Shown: in pieces, positions 55,758 to 63,550 of the stretch
Layout: every line of letters begins with the position of its first letter
How positions within the stretch are numbered: position 1 is the stretch's first letter
The notes under the pieces: generated by a model
What the model was told of the DNA's origin: nothing
Database searches by the model: none
Seen by the model: the letters and a program-made list of their open reading frames with translations, nothing else
Assembly (NCBI GenBank): GCA_964537815.1
Contig: CAZIDJ010000002.1
Location: 996-64,995, forward strand
Length of the DNA: 64,000 nucleotides
Direction: 5' to 3'
Origin: an uncultured Candidatus Saccharibacteria bacterium
Lineage (GTDB): Bacteria > Patescibacteriota > Saccharimonadia > Saccharimonadales > Saccharimonadaceae
Program-made: the position numbers and the translations under genes

Positions 55758-55811
55758 AGTAAATCGATGTGCCTCTCTGCCCCACCTGCGGTTAATCTAG
55801 TATCTATAACG

Positions 55812-55834
55812 ATTTGTTCAATTATAGAACAAAT
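55812..55834 (-). promoter_or_regulatory. 8-bp-arm inverted repeat bracketing a TATAAT (minus strand) upstream of the sigma-r4/HARE-HTH gene
   Basis: ATTTGTTC aattata GAACAAAT; the reverse complement of the spacer contains TATAAT. Confidence 0.45.
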
Positions 55835-56043
55835 TTTTATTAATGTCAAACACTTTTTATAACTAAAATGTGATTAGCTTTATTATAGCACATACTAGAC
55901 GCTTATGGTAAAGCATGAAATTGGGCTTTTTTTCCACAGGTTTTGTTATTAGCCTCATCCTGAATATAAATACATGTCAAAAAACGAGGTGCTTCTACCT
56001 CTGTAATATAGTATTCCTCGTAGCAGTACGCAGTCTTCGTGCA

Positions 56044-56775
56044 TCACGGGTAGTGAAGGTCTGGGTCGGCAGGACACGGGCCCTGTACCGGTGTTTTGTC
56101 GGTAGAAGTAGTGTGATACACAATGTCGCCAAAGTTAGCCGCAACACCTTCCAGGCAGTATTTAGTACCAGTATTTTCGATTGGAATGTAGGTCGGTTCT
56201 GGGAGTGCAACTTGTTTTTTGGGCACCACCACCGGCCAGTAGCCACCTTGTGTACCAAAGACGCTCACTATGCTGGCCTGCGCGGCGTCACATACCGCTC
56301 CACACGTCAGCACAAACTCAGATTGCTGAATTGTAGGACCATGCAGTAACACATTTGTGCTTTGGGTGCCCTGTATATGAAAATTATTGCCCGCAAACGA
56401 GCACGCGGTGTTGTACGTCGTGCCATTTGCAACAGTTGGCATATATGAATTGCAGGAATTTAGCAGCAGCTGAGCGTTCTCATCAGGGGTGAGGCTAGTG
56501 TAATACGGTACTTGCTGTGAGTTGGTTTTAAATTTCATGGCTACGATGGGTGACGCTGCGAAGCCAGTCCCTGCTAAGTTTGAAGGGTAGTAATTGTTGC
56601 TGTTCTTGTAGCGCTCCAGACCACCGGATGCTTCTAGCAGATCATGCTGAACCGCTTTATCGGCAAAACTGCGCTGCCATGAGCCATACCCCATATAACT
56701 AACGGCAGCCAAAATAGCAATCACGACAATGATGACGAACAGCTCTACCAAAGTAAACGCAAGGTGTCGCTTCAT
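56044..56775 (-). CDS. type IV pilin-like protein
   Basis: MKRHLAFTLVELFVIIVVIAILAAV prepilin-type N-terminus; Cys residues in the C-terminal domain. Confidence 0.8.
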   Translation of the reverse strand: MKRHLAFTLVELFVIIVVIAILAAVSYMGYGSWQRSFADKAVQHDLLEASGGLERYKNSNNYYPSNLAGTGFAASPIVAMKFKTNSQQVPYYTSLTPDENAQLLLNSCNSYMPTVANGTTYNTACSFAGNNFHIQGTQSTNVLLHGPTIQQSEFVLTCGAVCDAAQASIVSVFGTQGGYWPVVVPKKQVALPEPTYIPIENTGTKYCLEGVAANFGDIVYHTTSTDKTPVQGPCPADPDLHYP

Positions 56776-56878
56776 AGATTTATTGTAGCATAAGCGACAT
56801 ACGTCTAACGTGGCTATCTATAGAGGTGTTACGATCGAACACTTCTAGCGGATCAGTTGTTTACCCTAGTGTCTAGCC

Positions 56879-59374
56879 TTACTTCTTGCGCTTAGGTATG
56901 CGGCGTTTTGGTTTAGACGGTGCCTCGGCGAGCATTGCTTTGGCTTTGTCGTGGGTAATGGCCTTCGGATCGTCGTCTTTGGGTACTTTTACGTTCGTTT
57001 TTCCATCGGTCACATAGGCACCCCAGCGGCCGTTTAAGACTTTTATGCCATCGCCAAAATCGGCAATGTTCTTTTCGGCTTCTGCCTTTAACTTGGCTTC
57101 GTAGAGTTCGAGTGCTGTTTCGAGCGTAATTGTGTGCGGGTCTTCGGGTTTTATGCTTACAAATAGCTTGCCAACCTGAATGTACGGGCCAAAACGGCCA
57201 ACATTGGCTTTGATGACTTGGCCATCAGCAGTCTTGCCTACCGTTCGCGGTAATTCAAAGGCGGTCAGCGCCTGTTCTAGGGTCACCGTATCGATGCGGG
57301 CACCCTTTGGCATAGGAGCAAATTCAGGCTTTTCGCTGCTTCCTTTTTCGGGGTTTCCAAGTTGTAGCATGGGGCCAAACCTGCCAAACCGGGCTAAAAT
57401 TGGTTTGCCAGTTTTAGGGTGGGTACCTATTTCGCGGGCTTCGCCTACCGTGCTGCGGTCAATATCACCAGATTTTTCGATCAGCTTGTGGAACGGGTCA
57501 TAAAATTCCTGCAGCATGGTGTTGCGAGCAAGCTTGTTTTCGGCAATATCATCGAAGTGTTCCTCGACTGCAGCTGTAAAGCCGTAGTCGACGACTTGTT
57601 CGAAGTGGGTACCCAAAAAGTCGGCAATGAGTTCGCCGGCGGGGGTAGGAATAAGTTTTCCCTTGGTCGAGCCAGTTTTTTCTTCGACAATCTCGCGAGT
57701 GAGCAATTCAATTTCGTTCCCGCCTCGTGTCACCCGCTTAGCGCCATCTTCATGCTCCTCACTCCCTACTCCGTACTCCTGCGGCGATAGCCGCAATACA
57801 ACAACTTCGCGCGGTTCGCCTTCGCCCTCTCCGCGTTCCACGTAGCCACGAGTTTGCACAGTGTCAATGATGGTCGCGTACGTGCTAGGGCGTCCGATAC
57901 CGAGTTCTTCGAGCTTTTTGACCAAGCTTCCTTCGGTATAACGGGCTGGTGGGCGAGCAAAAACTTGACGAGCTTCTACGCCTGATGGTACCAGTGAATC
58001 GCCAGAACTTATGGCAGGTAATAGTTCATCCTTGCCACCTCCGTATACTCGCAGGAAGCCATCGAATACAACAACTTCGCCCTTTGCTTCAAATAGCAGG
58101 CTAGTACCGCCTTTTCGAACAATTCCATCAGAGAGACCGTTTCGCTCCGGCGCGCTCTTTGCTCCTGGCAGGAGCGCGTCGGGCTGCACTTCGCCTATAG
58201 TCTCTCCTCCTGAATTGTTCGAACGGCTATCAATACGCACCGAAATAGTGGTTTTTTCCAGCTTCGCAGGTGCCATTTGGCTCGCCAGCGTGCGGCGTCG
58301 AATTAAATCGTAGAGCTTCTGGTCGTATTCGTTATTGCTGGCTGTTTCAAGCGTCATATCAGTTGGACGGATCGCCTCGTGCGCTTCTTGGGCGCTGGTG
58401 TTCTTGTTTTTGTATTTACGCACCGTACTATACTCTGGCCCGTAGAGCCGCTTTATATAGTCTGTTGCAGCGGCGATTGCCTGTCCGCTCAGGTTCACGC
58501 TATCAGTTCGCATGTAGGTTATTTTACCGGCCTGATACAACTTTTGGGCGGCGGCCATAGTCGCCTTGCTGCCATAGCCCAGCTTGCTGTTGGCCTCTTG
58601 CTGCAATGTACTCGTGGTAAATGGCGCGCTTGGGGTGCGCGTACCAGGATTTTTTGCAATATTACTCACACTAAACTGGGCATCTCGCAAGCTTTCCAAG
58701 AATGCCTTTGCCTCAGCCTCGCTGTCAAAACGTTGGTTTAGCTCGGCTTTAAACTCTTGGTTATCGTGTAAAAACAGTGCTGTAACCTTAAACTGGCTGC
58801 TACCTTCAAAGGCACGGATTTCTCTTTCACGCTCTACTAATAGTCGCACGGCAGGGCTTTGCACGCGCCCGGCACTTTTACCGCCCGGTACTTTTTGCCA
58901 CACTACAGGGCTTAGTTCAAACCCTACGATGCGGTCTAATATTTGACGTGCCTGCTGAGCCTGCACCAAATGCATGTCGACGGTTCGCGGTTCTTTTATC
59001 GCTTTTGTAATGGCATCTTTGGTAATTTCGTGAAACACAATACGATTGGTTTTGGCTGGGTCAAGTCCGAGCACTTCGCATAGGTGCCAGGCAATCGCCT
59101 CCCCTTCGCGGTCTTCATCGGTTGCTAGCCATACTGTTTCGGCAGCCTTCACAGCTTTCTTCAGTTCGGCAATTACCTTCTTTTTCTCGGGGTCCACTTC
59201 ATAGGTGGTCTTAAAACCATTTTTTACATCGATCGGCGGCGTGCCATCCTTAGTTTTTTTCACGATACTGCGAATATGGCCAATGCTTGAAAGCACCTTA
59301 AAATCTTTTCCAAGGTACTTTTCAATGGTTTTGGCCTTTGCAGGGCTCTCGACGATGACTAAATTTTTGCTCAT
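56879..59374 (-). CDS. topA: DNA topoisomerase I (type IA), with Cys-free Topo_C-repeat type C-terminal domains
   Basis: TOPRIM (LVIVESPAKAKTIEKYLG, ATDEDREGEAIAWH) and active-site region ITYMRTDS; 831 aa. Confidence 0.95.
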   Translation of the reverse strand: MSKNLVIVESPAKAKTIEKYLGKDFKVLSSIGHIRSIVKKTKDGTPPIDVKNGFKTTYEVDPEKKKVIAELKKAVKAAETVWLATDEDREGEAIAWHLCEVLGLDPAKTNRIVFHEITKDAITKAIKEPRTVDMHLVQAQQARQILDRIVGFELSPVVWQKVPGGKSAGRVQSPAVRLLVEREREIRAFEGSSQFKVTALFLHDNQEFKAELNQRFDSEAEAKAFLESLRDAQFSVSNIAKNPGTRTPSAPFTTSTLQQEANSKLGYGSKATMAAAQKLYQAGKITYMRTDSVNLSGQAIAAATDYIKRLYGPEYSTVRKYKNKNTSAQEAHEAIRPTDMTLETASNNEYDQKLYDLIRRRTLASQMAPAKLEKTTISVRIDSRSNNSGGETIGEVQPDALLPGAKSAPERNGLSDGIVRKGGTSLLFEAKGEVVVFDGFLRVYGGGKDELLPAISSGDSLVPSGVEARQVFARPPARYTEGSLVKKLEELGIGRPSTYATIIDTVQTRGYVERGEGEGEPREVVVLRLSPQEYGVGSEEHEDGAKRVTRGGNEIELLTREIVEEKTGSTKGKLIPTPAGELIADFLGTHFEQVVDYGFTAAVEEHFDDIAENKLARNTMLQEFYDPFHKLIEKSGDIDRSTVGEAREIGTHPKTGKPILARFGRFGPMLQLGNPEKGSSEKPEFAPMPKGARIDTVTLEQALTAFELPRTVGKTADGQVIKANVGRFGPYIQVGKLFVSIKPEDPHTITLETALELYEAKLKAEAEKNIADFGDGIKVLNGRWGAYVTDGKTNVKVPKDDDPKAITHDKAKAMLAEAPSKPKRRIPKRKK

Positions 59375-59556
59375 ATATATCTATTGTAGCTAAATACAGT
59401 TGCCTATACTACGCGGACGCTTGCTAAAATGCAAGTAAGTAGAGTTTTACGACGTACCAAAAAGTCTTGACACAGAGGCTGCAGGGTGTAGCATTAGAAG
59501 TATATCGGTACCACGTGAGGTGCCAGATAAAATAGACAGCTAAAAAGGAGCAACAT

Positions 59557-59787
59557 ATGAGCATCGATAGCGATCCGTTTCGTAGAACTGGTGAACGGAG
59601 TACATCGCCAGATAGAGTATTGCTTGTAGGAGGACTAGGAGTAGTAGCGCGCCAGGCTGCCGAGCTACCGGGTATTGAGCGACCAGACCCAACGCCCCGC
59701 GACCGGTATATTGGCCCTATAGATCGGCCTCACTACACTGTTCCCCGCGACCCAGAAATTCCCGTTAAGACTGTTCATGTTAAATAA
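59557..59787 (+). CDS. hypothetical small Pro/Arg/Asp-rich protein (76 aa)
   Basis: Strong SD AAAGGAG 6 nt upstream of the ATG and a TTGACA-containing promoter-like sequence upstream; no family recognised. Confidence 0.45.
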   Translation: MSIDSDPFRRTGERSTSPDRVLLVGGLGVVARQAAELPGIERPDPTPRDRYIGPIDRPHYTVPRDPEIPVKTVHVK

Positions 59788-59823
59788 TAATCTAAAAGAG
59801 AAATTTCTCTCTTGATAAACGCA

Positions 59824-60681
59824 TCATCGCAAAGTCCACTGGTTAGCCCCAAGGGCGCGGATGGTGCCGGCGATTTCGAGCATGGTGAGGCTGGTCGAGA
59901 GTTCGGTGGCTGAAATGCCCAGCGCCGCTTGCATGGCATCGCCATCGCGGCCGCCGTTTTGCAAGAATTCTAGTATAGCTATCTCTGTATCATTGTTGCC
60001 GAGTGCCAACGATGCTTGGGGCGCGCGCAGCGAAGGCGCGATGATGTCAATAACATCATCACTACTAAGCAGCGGCGTGGCACCTTGTTTAAGTAGGCTG
60101 TTGCAGCCCAGGCTCATTGGGCTCGTAATCGGTCCGGGCACAACAAATACTTCCTTCCCCTGTTCCATAGCGTGCATAGCTGTATTAAGCGTTCCACTAC
60201 GCTGAGCAGCTTCGGTGATAACAATTGCATCTGCCAGTCCACTAACGATGCGGTTACGCTCTAAAAAATGCGCCGGGTAAGCTGGGTCGTTCTCAGGGTA
60301 TTCACTCAGTAGCGCGCCCCCTTGGCGTACAATGTCATCGGCTAGTTGACGATGTGTTGAGGGGTAAATAGCTGGCAGCCCATTGCCGAGTACAGCGATG
60401 GTAGTGCCGCCCGCATCCAGCGCAGCTCTGTGTGCAAGCCCATCGACGCCCAGCGCCAACCCACTTACTATCACTATGCCTCTGTGCGCCAGTTCGAATG
60501 CAATTCGCTCGGTCACCTCTTTGCCGTATTTAGTAGGCTTGCGGGTGCCCACTATTGCGACGCTTGGTCGCCGTTCTGTCGGCAGATTTCCTATATAGTT
60601 TAATGTTTTAGGCGCACCGGCAATGTTCGCTATTACCTTAAGAAAATTGTTGTCTTGGGGTCGAATATTATTGATTTTCAT
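59824..60681 (-). CDS. dprA: DNA processing protein DprA
   Basis: Rossmann-like DprA core (VIVSGLALGVDGLAHRAAL, GTLNTA) and a C-terminal winged-helix (DML1-like) domain. Confidence 0.9.
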   Translation of the reverse strand: MKINNIRPQDNNFLKVIANIAGAPKTLNYIGNLPTERRPSVAIVGTRKPTKYGKEVTERIAFELAHRGIVIVSGLALGVDGLAHRAALDAGGTTIAVLGNGLPAIYPSTHRQLADDIVRQGGALLSEYPENDPAYPAHFLERNRIVSGLADAIVITEAAQRSGTLNTAMHAMEQGKEVFVVPGPITSPMSLGCNSLLKQGATPLLSSDDVIDIIAPSLRAPQASLALGNNDTEIAILEFLQNGGRDGDAMQAALGISATELSTSLTMLEIAGTIRALGANQWTLR

Positions 60682-60701
60682 ATAAAAGGTGATAAAAAGT
60701 G

Positions 60702-60730
60702 TTGACTTTATGTCAAATAAGTGCTAAAAT
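60702..60730 (+). promoter_or_regulatory. near-consensus sigma70-like promoter
   Basis: TTGACT 60702-60707, 17-nt spacer, TGcTAAAAT (extended -10) ending at 60730. Confidence 0.6.
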
Positions 60731-60736
60731 GGTGCT

Positions 60737-61094
60737 GATTGGTTGAGTTTCAATGCGAGGTCAACCAAACGCACCTTATACCCCCTATTCTAACAGAATC
60801 CCCCGATTTTTCTCAGGGAATTCTATATGTTAGGTTGTGTATAACGGCCGTCTGAAGTATTCTACCCTCCACTTCTTATGGTATGGCAGCTTGCCTAAAC
60901 GTTATACGCATACTAATCCCTTTAACCCTTTTCATTAGGATTATCGTATGAGTAACTATCCAGTAGCGCATCTTGTGCGGGCGTCCACTCTCAGGTGGAG
61001 TAGTGCTGTACGCTTTACTCGATGATTCTAGGGTGGTTGAAGGGCAAAATGGCGCTTTCAAGTGATGCCCACCCTTACTTGGAGGCGCTTTTTT
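60737..61094 (+). ncRNA. candidate non-coding transcript or long structured leader (class unknown)
   Basis: Lies between the promoter above and a T-run at 61089-61094. It opens with a 45-nt hairpin (60731-60775) and holds no credible ORF. The downstream ZIP gene has its own TGGTATAGT -10 and SD. Confidence 0.3.
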
Positions 61095-61210
61095 GTTTGT
61101 TTAAACCTATGGTATAGTAGAACTATTGCTATGTGCGGCACGATGTATACGGATTCCATAGCCACCGAAACCTTGTATTTACTTGTGATATTTAAACCAA
61201 AAGGAAATAT

Positions 61211-62017
61211 ATGGACTACATAACAGTTCTATTTTGGTCGCTTGTGGGCAGTGTATTTTCACTGGCGGGCGGCCTTGTGCTCATTAGCAACAATAAACTA
61301 CGCGCTATTGCTATGCGCTATGGTTTGCCATTTGGTGCCGGTGCTCTGCTGGCAGCGGCTTTTTTGACTGTGTTACCCGAAGCTGTTGAAGGTAGCGATA
61401 TTCACCAAACTGCTGCCTTTGCACTGGGCGGGTTTTTAGCCTTTTTTGTGCTAGAACGCTTTTTGGGCTGGTTTCACCACCACGAAAGCCACCATCACAA
61501 CGAAGTGCACGGCGCGAAAAACAAAACCCACCAAAGCTTAGTTATTGTTGGTGATACCTTGCATAATGCGATTGATGGCGTGGCAATTGGCGCGGCCTTT
61601 TTAGTCAGCCCAGCGGCCGGTATTGGCACAGCGCTTGCAGTGGCGGCTCATGAAATCCCACAAGAAATTGGCGATTTTGGTATATTGCTAGGAAAAGGCA
61701 TGAAGCCACGCATGGTAGTGATGGTGAATGTGTTGAGCGCACTGGCAACGGTAGTGATGGCGGTGGGTACGTATGCGCTTGGCATCGCCGCCGATGTTAA
61801 CCCTGCCCCACTGCTGGCCGTTGCGGCTGGGTTCTTTATTTACATTGCTGCCAGTGATATCATTCCAGATATTCACGAAAAGCCCCGCCGTGAAGGTAAT
61901 GTGCAAGCTATTATGCTATTGGTTGGGGTGGCGGTAATCGCCCTTGTTGTAGGCGCTACACCGCACTCGCATGTCGTGCCCGCTGAAAATAATTCCGGTG
62001 AGCATTCACAGCACTAA
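61211..62017 (+). CDS. zupT: ZIP family (ZupT-like) metal transporter
   Basis: HNAIDGVAIG and HEIPQEIGDF motifs, His-rich loop HHHESHHHNEVH, 8 TM helices. Confidence 0.9.
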   Translation: MDYITVLFWSLVGSVFSLAGGLVLISNNKLRAIAMRYGLPFGAGALLAAAFLTVLPEAVEGSDIHQTAAFALGGFLAFFVLERFLGWFHHHESHHHNEVHGAKNKTHQSLVIVGDTLHNAIDGVAIGAAFLVSPAAGIGTALAVAAHEIPQEIGDFGILLGKGMKPRMVVMVNVLSALATVVMAVGTYALGIAADVNPAPLLAVAAGFFIYIAASDIIPDIHEKPRREGNVQAIMLLVGVAVIALVVGATPHSHVVPAENNSGEHSQH

Positions 62018-62051
62018 GCTCACTAAGACAGCATAACTCTGATAAAGAACC

Positions 62052-62077
62052 AGCCCCCGACATTTCTGCCGGGGGCT
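62052..62077. terminator. GC-rich hairpin between convergent genes
   Basis: AGCCCCCG acatttctgc CGGGGGCT. Confidence 0.65.
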
Positions 62078-62090
62078 TGGAGCTTGAGGG

Positions 62091-62309
62091 TCAGCGCGGA
62101 TCAGGGTCGAAAAGCAGTGCTGCTGCAACCGATTCGTAGATCGGGGTGGCTGCGTCAGGTGCAGGTGCGCTGTCGTCGGAGACCAGGTGCAGGCCGCGGT
62201 AGTCTTCTTTTATACAATAGATAAGGATGTCGGGCAGCGTCTCTTCATCTGCCAGCATCATTATGACAAACCCTGCAATGAGGCCTTGCAATTCCATGAA
62301 AGTACGCAT
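62091..62309 (-). CDS. hypothetical small acidic protein. The track ORF extends to a TTG at 62375; ATG 62309 is preferred.
   Basis: 72-aa ORF directly downstream of the 147-aa hypothetical gene; no motif recognised. Confidence 0.4.
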   Translation of the reverse strand: MRTFMELQGLIAGFVIMMLADEETLPDILIYCIKEDYRGLHLVSDDSAPAPDAATPIYESVAAALLFDPDPR

Positions 62310-62425
62310 TGAATTTCTCTCTATTAAGCTCCAACCAGTGTCGGAGCAGTTGGTGGTCGCCAAGCTCGTGCTCAACGACGAGGTTGCAGATACTATAGCA
62401 TGGAAATGACACTTTTACTAGAAGA

Positions 62426-62869
62426 TTATTGCGTTCGCTGTTTTAAATCACCCAGCAGGGCTGCTACGTGTGTCATAACGGCTTGCGGAGCTGGCTTGAA
62501 GTTGTCTGCTTTCCCCGGGTCTCCCTTAAAGAAATCGCCGTGTGGAGTGAGGTAAATGTGTGATGTATACGGATCTTGTTGGCTCAATACACCAATCTCC
62601 CACGCGAAGGTCGATACGTACGTGCTTGCTCTCACACCGCGGGTACCGTCGGGCACCGTAATCCTACTCAAACCAAGATCATCTCTATAGTGTGCCTCGT
62701 GAAGAGCGCGGATGGCCAGAAGCTGTTGACGCAGCGCGTTTTGCGCTTCCCGCTCACGTGAATCTTTCCATTTTGTGGGAATCTTGTCTAAAAGCCCACG
62801 GCCCATAGTCTGCAATCTTGGCAATATCGTAGGATCTGTAGTCGGCGCAAGTCCTAGTTCTGTCATCAC
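62426..62869 (-). CDS. hypothetical protein (147 aa)
   Basis: SD GAGGAGG upstream of the ATG; no motif recognised. Confidence 0.5.
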   Translation of the reverse strand: MMTELGLAPTTDPTILPRLQTMGRGLLDKIPTKWKDSREREAQNALRQQLLAIRALHEAHYRDDLGLSRITVPDGTRGVRASTYVSTFAWEIGVLSQQDPYTSHIYLTPHGDFFKGDPGKADNFKPAPQAVMTHVAALLGDLKQRTQ

Positions 62870-62940
62870 AGGTCCTCCTCTCTGTTAATTGCACTATATA
62901 CTATTTACGCTTATTAAACAAGCAGCGCATGCACCGCTCA

Positions 62941-63492
62941 CTACAAACTAAGTGTGTGCGGTGTGAGTGTTTCACTAATAAAGCAGTCTATCGCATGCGC
63001 TATATCTGCTTGTCGACTTGCAAGCACCTTGTGCTCGGCCTGCGATAGCTTGCCAAGCACAAAAGCGGCGTCGTCGCCAATACGCGAGCGTAAATCTGTG
63101 TGCATGCCGATGCGTAGTCGGTACGTTACCTCACCCCCGTGTGCGTTGATACTCTTAATGCCGTTATTGCCGCCATCTGATCCACCCACACGCACGCGAA
63201 TGGTGCCAAGCTCAAGCGCCAAATCATCGTGAACAATCAGCACATCGGTGGGTAGGAGTTTATAGAAATCCGCGATAGCTCGAAAGCTTTCCCCGGCCAC
63301 GTTATAGAATGTCAGAGGCTTGGCAAAGATAACTTTTTCGTCATTTACTAGCTTTTCAGATACAAGTGCCTTGAATTTTGGCTTTTCGTGCCACGTCCTG
63401 GTGGCAATTCTGTCTAGCACATCAAATCCAATATTATGACGAGTACCGGTATATTCCGGCCCATTATTACCAAGTGCAAAAACTAATTTCAT
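62941..63492 (-). CDS. pth: peptidyl-tRNA hydrolase
   Basis: LVFALGNNGPEYTGTRHNIGF, HDDLAL, GGNNGIKS. Confidence 0.95.
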   Translation of the reverse strand: MKLVFALGNNGPEYTGTRHNIGFDVLDRIATRTWHEKPKFKALVSEKLVNDEKVIFAKPLTFYNVAGESFRAIADFYKLLPTDVLIVHDDLALELGTIRVRVGGSDGGNNGIKSINAHGGEVTYRLRIGMHTDLRSRIGDDAAFVLGKLSQAEHKVLASRQADIAHAIDCFISETLTPHTLSL

Positions 63493-63550
63493 ACCTGTAG
63501 AACAGTATATACTATTGTATTATAGTGTGAAATATGATATAATATAACAA

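Noticed and set aside
60790-60805. RNase P RNA, suggested by an ACAGAATCC match to the conserved ACAGAAnCC element
   Set aside because: The match sits near the 5' end rather than the 3' end of the candidate transcript. The universally conserved GAGGAAAGTCC (P4) element is absent on both strands.
60876-61061. Minus-strand 61-aa ORF within the dprA-ZIP spacer
   Set aside because: There is no SD or promoter arrangement. It is embedded in the structured non-coding region and has no recognisable features.
60731-61094. tmRNA (ssrA), suggested by the 5' GGTGCTGATTGG start and a length of about 360 nt
   Set aside because: The 5' segment pairs locally (60731-60775) rather than with a 3' acceptor strand. 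There is no T-arm (GGTTCGAnTCC-like) and no ...CCACCA 3' end anywhere in the region. No tag ORF ending in TAA preceded by a resume codon was evident.
60985-61094. yybP-ykoY (Mn) riboswitch, suggested by GGTGGAGTAG resembling GGGGAGUAG
   Set aside because: The other conserved blocks (UUGACAUA-like and CAAGACC-like) are not present. A ZIP importer is also not the typical regulated gene class. It is kept only as a remark.
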